A stretch of 64,000 nt of DNA. Source: Eledone cirrhosa (Eukaryota). Below are positions 1 to 64,000 of the stretch, one piece after another. The DNA lies in contig OZ024743.1 in assembly GCA_964016885.1 (NCBI GenBank), positions 281,666,001 through 281,730,000 of the forward strand, written 5' to 3'. Within the stretch, counting starts at the first letter, position 1, and each line of letters begins with the position of its first letter. The notes under the pieces are model-generated. The model did not search any database and was not told the origin of the DNA. It saw nothing but the letters and a program-made list of their open reading frames with translations. Both the position numbers and the translations under genes were made by a program.

Positions 1-24
1 AATAAGTAATAAAAATTAATATAC

Positions 25-55492
<55,468 letters not shown>

Positions 55493-55981
55493 CTAAATGA
55501 AGAAAAAAATATGAAATAAGAATTTACTATCTTCAGAAATTTTAGAACAGAAATTATATTTCTCAAACAAAAAGAATGAAATAAATGTATTTAAAAACAG
55601 CAACATATAAAATAGTCTATAAAAAAAAAAAAAAAAGAAGATATTTGTCATATCCATAGAGTAAAAAATAGATTACTATTTTAGTTTAATATCATTTTTT
55701 TTGTTGGGTTTTTGCTTTGTACCAGCATATGTAGTTGTAGTTTAACCCTAGGTTAGTGCTGTATGACTAAGCAGAACTGATGATCAAGTGTTCCTGCAGC
55801 AAACCATCCCTCCAATAATTTGTTTCAATATACTTGCTGCTTTGGCTTTTACTACACTGATTTTCTATTGACTTTAAATATGTTAGTATGATCATGTTTT
55901 TAATTTCTTTCTTAGTCTTGTATTGGTGATAAAAAAGCATAAGCTAATAATAATACACATGTACAGTATATATATATATAT

Positions 55982-56100
55982 ATAGGAGTAAGTAAGACCC
56001 CGACGGCTGAGCTCAAGCCGTTTCGACGGCTAATTCTGCAGTACAGAATTAGCCGTCGAAACGGCTTGAGCTCAGCCGTCGGGGTCTTACTTACTCCTAT
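55982..56100. repeat. Perfect 57-bp inverted repeat with a 5-nt loop, part of a ~195-bp GC-richer insert (55982-56177) in (TA)n
   Basis: 55982-56038 is the exact reverse complement of 56044-56100; loop CAGTA. Confidence 0.97.
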
Positions 56101-56176
56101 TACCCACTCTACTACCCTAAGTATTGAGTACTTTGGTGCGTTATGGTCCACCTGGTTCCTTACCACTTTTCCCTCG

Positions 56177-56237
<61 letters not shown>

Positions 56238-57351
56238 CACACACACACTTAAGCCCCTCTCCATCCAAAAAATGTAGAAGATCTGAGCAGTAACTATCTT
56301 AGCTTTTTAGGGGTATTTAGGATTGTATTATCTGACGAGTTCCTTTCTTATTTAAGATACTGGGGTCTAATTTGAAGGAGAGTTGGCTGATGTTTGGTCA
56401 TAATCCTTATATAGAATATACAGTACATAAAATATATTTAACAACCTAGGGTAAAGATGGAATATGCTTTTGATCTGAAACATGTGCATGCCACACTCAA
56501 GCAGACACATGTGCATACATGTGCTCAAACACATACATATGTGCAAAGTTGATATCTTACTTCAAGACAAGGTGACTTACATCCAAGGCCAAAAAAAGTT
56601 AGTATATTGGCATGGGGCACAAAAAGCCAATGAGGGTTCCCATGAACATCAGATGTACCTCAAAAGAAACCACTCGGTTTCCTTGAATTTTGAAAAGAAC
56701 TTCATTACACTGGCAAAAAGTAGTCGCCATTCCACTTTGCACAATTTATCTTAGAGGGTTTATTTTGATATAAAACGAATGTCTCTCTCTCTCTCTCTCA
56801 CTAATTTATTTATAGATACATTACACATATATATATATGGAAATGTTCAAAAAGAGTAATTGAAAAGTACTATACCAATATGAAAATGGTTTACGAATAA
56901 ACATATATAAACATATGTACACCATAGATGCACACATGCATATGCAAACACACAATATATACAAAAATACAACTAAATTATCAATTTGCTTAATGTGTTA
57001 AGTAAATATTAAAATGATAATTATGCCTTTAGCATTGGCAAAAAAATTGATTTGGCATGAAGTATTTCAATGTTTGTACTACTACTACTACTACTACTAG
57101 AAACACACACACATTAAATGAAACAGAAATAGCTGTGTGTGTGTAAAAGTGTGTGAAAATGCGTGGCTTAGTGGTTAGGGTGCTTGGCTCATGATTGTAA
57201 AGTTTTGAGTTCAATTCCTGGCGATGCATTGTGTCTTTGAGCAAGACACTTCCTTTCACATTGCTCCAGTCCACTCAGCTGGAGAATATGAATATGAATT
57301 CAAAAGACAAACCTTGTCACAATGACATGCTGAATCTCCCTGAGAACTACC

Positions 57352-57499
57352 TTAACCATTTAGCATTTACTATTATATTTTCACGGCAAAGGCTTGACCT
57401 CACATAATTATCTCACAAGATATCGAATCTACGAGATATTGATATTTATTTTGAGGACAATATCTTAATGAAAGGTCAGTTTAAATGCTAAAGTGTTAA
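57352..57499. mobile_element. Short TTAA-type MITE nested in a SINE (57160-57605)
   Basis: TTAA-CCATTTAGCATTTA / TAAATGCTAAAGTG-TTAA; the SINE sequence resumes after the second TTAA. Confidence 0.7.
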
Positions 57500-58951
57500 G
57501 AGTACACGTGTTTGTGGAATGCCCAGCCACATGCATGTCAATTTTAGAAGCAGACTTGTTTGAACAACTTGAACACTCATCATCATAACTGATGAAGATA
57601 CAACACATACATACACACTCACACACACGTGTGTGTGTGATTGTGACCTAACAAACAATGTTCTCTCTCTATCCCTGGCATTTCACTGGTGAAAAGAAAA
57701 TTCTCTAATCTACAGACAGTAATTACATAGAAACATTTAATGATTGACAAATGAAATAAGTGAACTTTAGATAAAAACTTCACAATAGAACAATAACAGC
57801 TAGTAAATCTTTACAACTGTCTATCACTACACTACAATCTTCATTCACAATATCAACATTTAAGAGGTACAGGAAGGGTTGTGTGGTTAAGGAGTTCACT
57901 TTGTAACCACATCATCTTTTTTTATTTTTTTATATTTATTAACAATAGATTAAAGGGAGATTTGGCTGCTATTTCTAGCAGCTCAAACAACCGCACATTC
58001 TTCTGAGCTATATTAGTTTTGTGTAATTTTCAAAATTATTTGAAATTTCCCCTAAAAGTTTCCGAACCATTGAAATGTAACGTAAATTAATACAATGTCA
58101 ATTATTCATTTTAAAATGATTATTTTGAGGATAAACATGAATAGTTAATCATGAATTTGAGACTGTCTCACTTCTGTATCAAATTAAATAATACTTTTAA
58201 CTCTTTCATGGCTGAATTTCCAATAAAATACACTATTTTAATTAATTAATGAAGAATTTTGAGGGATTTATTAAAATTATTATTTATTTTATTACTAAGA
58301 TAGTAACTTAACGTTGGAAGATATTTAATTTAAAATGGAAAACTTTAAAATGGGTGACTTTATTGCATAGAACCAAAGCTAGTTTTGGCCAGGTTGGTAA
58401 TAAAAAGGTTAAAGTGAATAATCAATATCATTTCATCATCATTTCATCATCATTTTATGTTCATTATCCATGTTGGCATGGGTTGGATGGGTTACCATGA
58501 TCTGAGATTAGACTGGACAGAGGACCACATCTTGTTCATATATTCCATCTTTGGCATAGTTTTTACAATTAGATGTCCTTTGCCAACCACTTTACAGAGT
58601 GTACTGGCTGCATTTTATTGTGGCACCAGCACAACCAATTGACAGAGTGAACTGGGTGCATTTTGAAATATAACTTTACAAGGTTCTAGGTTCAATCCTA
58701 ACATGTAGCTCCTCTATATCTTTGAGTTGATCAAAGCCTTGTGAGTGAAATTTGACAGATTGGAAGCTGTGTGGAAACCCATCAATAGGCCCAAGCCAGA
58801 TGTAAAATGTAGGTGCCCCAAAAGCTGCTAATATGGCCAGGCCAGCTGTGAAATTTAGGTCACACTTCAAATTGCAAGTATTTTGATATTCAGTACTAAA
58901 TACATATATTTTACATATGGGTTATGGGTATATAAATGTACATGTATTATA

Positions 58952-59143
58952 CAAGGGTTGGCTGAAAAGTTGATAGGCTGATCAAGATACTCTCATGGAA
59001 TGAACAAAAGAGGTTTATTTTCAACATAGTCCCTGGAAAGAAACAATATTAATACGAAGAGTTGAAATTTAATGCATGCAAGATTTCACAGCTCTAGCAT
59101 CACTCCTTCATAGTCAGCCTATGAACTTTTCAGCCTACCCTTG
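58952..59143. mobile_element. Mariner-derived MITE
   Basis: ~30-bp TIR CAAGGGTTGGCTGAAAAGTTGATAGGCTGA / TCAGCCTATGAACTTTTCAGCCTACCCTTG, TA on both sides. Confidence 0.8.
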
Positions 59144-59961
59144 TACATGATGTACTTGCAAATAACAAAACAGAATAAAAGAACTAGAAGTTAAAACAAG
59201 CCTCTGGAAATTGTAGGCCCATGCCAACTGGTCCCCACCCTGTTTGGTTTGGATATACTAATTCTAATAGTGTGCTCGAAAACCAAATTGAATTCAACAT
59301 GTTAATAAAACTTGTTTATTAATTTTACATAACATGATGGCTAAAGACTTTTTATTTCATTTAATTATTTATTTATTTTTAATTTAGCTTTTTTTGTGTT
59401 GTTTTAGTAAGTCCCCAATTTTCCCATCCTCTGCTTAAGGGGACAAAAACAGATAGGTTCAACACATTTTGAATAATTAAGAAAAGGAAACAGAAAACAA
59501 TAAACAACAGATGGCTTTAAAGAATAGGAAGAGAGAATATGGGATCAAGTTTGCTGACATATATAATCAAAATACTATTGTACAAAGGGTGGTTACTTCA
59601 GAAAGAAAAAAACACAGAATACAATGAGCTGTTTCATAAGTTATTTTTCTAATGCTAGTGTGAAAAATAAGGTGATTATAATAGAATTGTCAGAAGATTG
59701 ATTTCTTTTATAAAGTTAGACAGGAAGAGGGGACAGGAAGATGGTGAAAGTCCCTTTCAACAGTATAACTGTGGGAAAAGGAAAAGGAATTCTATTTGTT
59801 GCAAAATAAATAAAAAGAAAGGATGAAGAAGCAGAGCAAGTAGTTCGATAAAAAGAAAAAGAAATTCTCATGACAATATAATTTCACAGAGAAAATAAAT
59901 AATTAAGTTTGGAGGTCTTTAAGTCAAACAAACCTAAAGAATAATGAATAGTAAGTTTTAA

Positions 59962-59996
<35 letters not shown>

Positions 59997-60462
59997 TTTT
60001 TTTTTAGAATAATCCACATTTAGCAAGTTCAGTCAAGAATAGTTTTGAAGGCATTGTCATGCAATTAAGAATTTTGTTTCACAAACATGTGGTTCCAAGT
60101 TCAAACTCAGAGTATGTCTTAGCCATGGATTGACTAGTGCTGTGAGTGAAATGTGGTAGCTAGAAACCTTAAGGAAGCACCTGTCTTATATATATATATA
60201 TATATATATAAACGGAAAAAATGAAACGAAATTTCATTTCCCACTCTTAGTACGGCTGTTACTTAAATATAAGTATGTACACGTACATACATATATGTAT
60301 ACAGACGTACAGTAGTATGTATATATATATACATACATGCACACACATATATATATATGTACGTATGGATTCACCGAACATTTATTATAATGCTCGGTGT
60401 GTTTGTAAACAAACATCCCATATTAAGTTGTAGTGTATATATATATATATATATATATATAA

Positions 60463-61052
60463 TGAGGTCTCTGTTGAAAAAGTATCTGACTTAAATTTTT
60501 TTCTGTAGAAACTAATGACATTAGGGAGCCTAAAGTGTGCAAACTGTTGTATTCGACTACCAAGGTATTGCACATAATATGAATCAGAATGACAAACAAT
60601 TACAAAGGAGCACTATCAGAAAGTCCTCTGGTGTCTTTGTGATACAGTTCAGCACAAGAGACTGGAGTTGTGGACCATACAAAACTGGCAGCTGCATCCA
60701 TGACAATGCCTTAGCTATTCATGGCAGCTGATCCAAAGTGTTTTGGCAAAGAAAAGCATTTCACTAATTCACCAGGCTGCCTTCTCTCCAGACATGGACC
60801 CTTTTAACTCCATTGAGAACCAGGAGGACTATGCAGTGGAGCTGTGAGCCAAAAGGATATCATGCAGATTGCAATTGTAGAGCCGAAAACCATTCTAGAA
60901 ACTTTCCAGATATGCTTTGAATAGAGGAAGGATCACTAGGCTAAGTGTGTGGAGGTGCAAAGAACCTACTTCAAAGGAGATGAACAATTGAACCCCACTA
61001 GTATGTAATTTTTTCCCAAGCCTAAGGTCAGCTACTTTTTTGACAGACCTCG
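60463..61052 (+). mobile_element. Decayed, deleted mariner element
   Basis: TIR-like TGAGGTCT(CT)GTTGAAAAAGTA / TACTTTTTTGACAGACCTCG-TA; remnants IHDNA..H and WAKCVEVQRTYFKGD. Confidence 0.75.
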
Positions 61053-61760
61053 TATATACACATGCACGAGCAAACTAAATCTTCACAACTGATTCTATCA
61101 TCTGCTAAAACTTAAAAAAATTATTCATTTAATTTGCTAAGCTACTAAAATTTGAAACACATATTCTGCTTAGAAAATTCTCTATTCATTAATAAAATAT
61201 TGTTACATTAAAATATCCCTTTATTAAAATGCGATATTAATATTTCTTTCTAATATTCACACAAGGCCAGCAATTTTTGGGAAAGGGAAAGTCAATTATA
61301 TTGACCCATTACTTAACTGGTACTTTATTTTATCTACCCCAGAAAGATGTAAAGCAAAGTTGATCTTGGCAAAGTTGATCTTGTAGAAAGTCATAACTAA
61401 ATACTGGCAATCCACATCCCTAAAACATGTGATATCATCCCTAGAGGAAACTGGTGATAACCTGTGTTGGTAAAAATAAATCTATCAAACATTTGGTAGC
61501 TTGGAAACGTTTATTAGCATTGATTATAACTGAAGACGAGGGATTGATTTGGTGGAGTGAAGGATAACTAAGCATGACTAGTGGAGTAGTGTGAGAGAGA
61601 GAGAAGCCAAGGAGCCAAGCTGACAAAGAAGAATAATCAAAATGTTGGTCAGGGAGGTAGACAGACACATCTCTCAAAAATGAATAGCACTAAGTTGACA
61701 AAGTATTATGAGAGGGGAGAAGGGAACATAAATGCAAACATAATTACACCAATACATAAT

Positions 61761-63895
61761 TCATCATCACCATCATCATCACCGTTTTATGTCCGTTCTT
61801 CCACGCTAGCATGGGTTAGACGGGTTGTCCTGTTGTGGGCAGTGTCTGGTCGGCTGACCATGCCTTGCTCATACAGGAACTGATCTGGCTTGATTTCTAC
61901 AGCTGGATGCCCTTCCTAACACCAACCTCATTTACAGTGAGTGCTGGGTGCTTTTTCGTGGCGCCTACATGTCCACTTTACAGTGGGGGCTGGGTGCTTT
62001 TTTGCCGTGGCACCTCCACGACCACCTTGCGGTGGGGGGTGTGGGGGCATATTGTCTATATGCTTCAGCTTGTGCCCATGGGAGGTCGGGTACTCTGTAT
62101 TACTGCGTGACGCCAGAAGTCACGGTCGTGTGTCATTGTCTTTGAGAGATGTAATTGGGTAAGGTTGGCTTTTATCACCTCATCCCAGGTCATCTTGGGT
62201 CTCCCCACTCCGCGGTTTCCATCGACTTCTAGTGCTCTGCACCTTTTTATGCAGCTGTCATCCTTCATACGCATCACATATCCATACCAACGCAACCGCC
62301 TCTCCTGCACACAGCATTTGATTCCTCTTATGCTCAGTCTCTCTCTCAATTCATTTATGCTTTGTTGTTCACGTATATTACTGTTACACATCCATCGGAG
62401 CATGCAGGCTTCGTTTCTCGCTAATCTACGTAAGTCTTCCACCTTCAGCGCCCAGGTCTCACTACCATGCAACATCGCTGTTCGGATACACGCATCATAC
62501 AGTCTGCCTTTCATTCTGAGGGAGAAGCCTTTTGCAGCTAGCAGTGGTAGTAGTTCCCTAAACTTCTTCCATCCCGTTCTTACCCTAGTTATTGTACTTT
62601 CTGAACACCCACCTCCGTTGCTAAGTCAGTCACCTAGGTAGCAGAAACTGTCTACTGTTTCTACAGGGCCCTCCCAGAGATTGGTGGTACTTGTTTCCTG
62701 TGGCCGTTTGCTGCCTCAGCACAGCTGCTGCATGTGAATCCTACATTCTTAATTAAGCTTCCTGAGATCCCGCTACATCTCTCATGTACCCATTGTTTGC
62801 ATTTGGGGCAGAGAATGGAGTTCCTACCTACACCTTTCCTACATACTGAGCAAGGCCATTTCCCTGAGGGGATCTGAGTTCTGTTTTCTCGTCTACTTAT
62901 AAGGACCTTAGTCTTTGTCATGTTGACTTTGAGACCCTTTCTTTCTAGTCCCTGCTTCCAGGTTTGGAATTTATTCTCTAGTTCTACCATAGATTCAGCT
63001 ATGAGTGCGAGGTCATCAGCATACAGGAGTTCCCATGGGCATCCGGTCTTAAACTCCTCCGTTATTGCCTGCAGGACTATGATGAACAGGAGAGGGCTAA
63101 GAACAGAGCCCTGGTGGACCCCAACCTGTACGCTAAATTCCTCGCTATACTCATTGCTAATCATAACTTTGCTGACTGCTCCCCTATACATGGCTTGTAC
63201 CGCTTTCACAAGCCATTCATCTACTCCTAGTTTTCTAAGAGCCCACCAGATTACAGCACGTGGAACTCTGTCAAAGGCTTTCACAAGGTCGACAAATGCC
63301 AAGTAGAGTGGCTTACTTTTAGCTAGGTACTTTTCCTGTAATTGCCTCACAAGGAAGAGGGCATCAGTGGTGCCTCTTCCTGGTACAAACCCAAATTGCA
63401 TCTCGTCTATTTTCACCCGGTCCCTAATCAGCTGTGCTATAACTCTTTCTGTTACTTTCATGACCTGGTCCATCAACTTTATACCTCTATAGTTTCCTCT
63501 ATCTAGTGCATCGCCTTTACCTTTGTAGCAGTTGACAATGATGCTACTGCACCAATCTTTTGGTATGGCCCCTTCTAGTATTACCTGGTTAACGATACGT
63601 GTGGTTATAGTGTGACCTACAGACCCAGATGCCTTCAGCATCTCGGCAGCTATACCCGATGGACCGGTTGCCTTCCCCATCTTCATATCTTTGATTGCCT
63701 TACTTACTACGCTGCCGCTGACTTGTACTGCTGGTCCCTCTATAGGGTCTACTTGGGGTAGGGTCTCTTCTTTCCATGCATTCTCCTCATTTAGTAATCT
63801 ATCATAATGACTCTTCCATGCATCTTCTCAGCACTTGTGAGGGCAAGCTCACCTTTATCATTCCGGATACACTTCTCTCCAATGACATCACAACT
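61761..63895 (-). mobile_element. RTE-clade LINE, ~2.1 kb, 5'-truncated, near-identical to 46494-48634
   Basis: Intact RT core including LLYADDL (ORF 62661-63686); small deletion/frameshift near 62712; same 3' UTR and tail. Confidence 0.96.
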
Positions 63896-64000
63896 TATTA
63901 TATACATATATATAAGCACACAATCATCAATATATATATATACAGAAACTGACCTACATACAATGATATGTGCACACTTCCTAACTGTCCCACCAACAAT

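Noticed and set aside
56561-56649. Hydrophobic phase-2 candidate first exon (MFMGTLIGFLCPMPIY*LFLALDVSHLVL, donor gtaaga)
   Set aside because: It contains an in-frame TAA and has no other support; likely chance or decayed repeat.
61500-61545. GAAAC...CTGAAGAC arrangement suggesting a permuted hammerhead
   Set aside because: No convincing stems I-III can be drawn around the boxes.

Overview
Eukaryotic, AT-rich, microsatellite-dense DNA. The repeat families suggest a cephalopod, probably Octopus (inference). The whole window lies inside one minus-strand gene encoding an alpha-2-macroglobulin/thioester-protein (TEP) family member. I traced 15 phase-compatible GT-AG coding exons (55492 down to 25; 2063 nt, about 687 aa) covering MG1 to MG6/linker. 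The signal-peptide exon was not found, and the bait region, thioester and C-terminus lie beyond position 1. The introns hold RTE and CR1 LINEs, a DD37D (maT-type) transposon, mariner relics, hAT- and TTAA-type MITEs, a Helitron, two tRNA-derived SINE families and large (TA)-based satellites. The most notable observations are: (1) three separate (TA)n-embedded inverted-repeat elements with hammerhead-ribozyme cores of the Penelope-like type, one with a complete core on both strands and one a perfect 57-bp hairpin built from half a ribozyme; (2) a C4HC3 PHD-type zinc finger inside the RTE reverse transcriptase; (3) a ~75-aa polybasic insertion in MG5 of the A2M-like protein; (4) several long intronic fold-backs that could form dsRNA. 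All calls are by eye and no database search was run.
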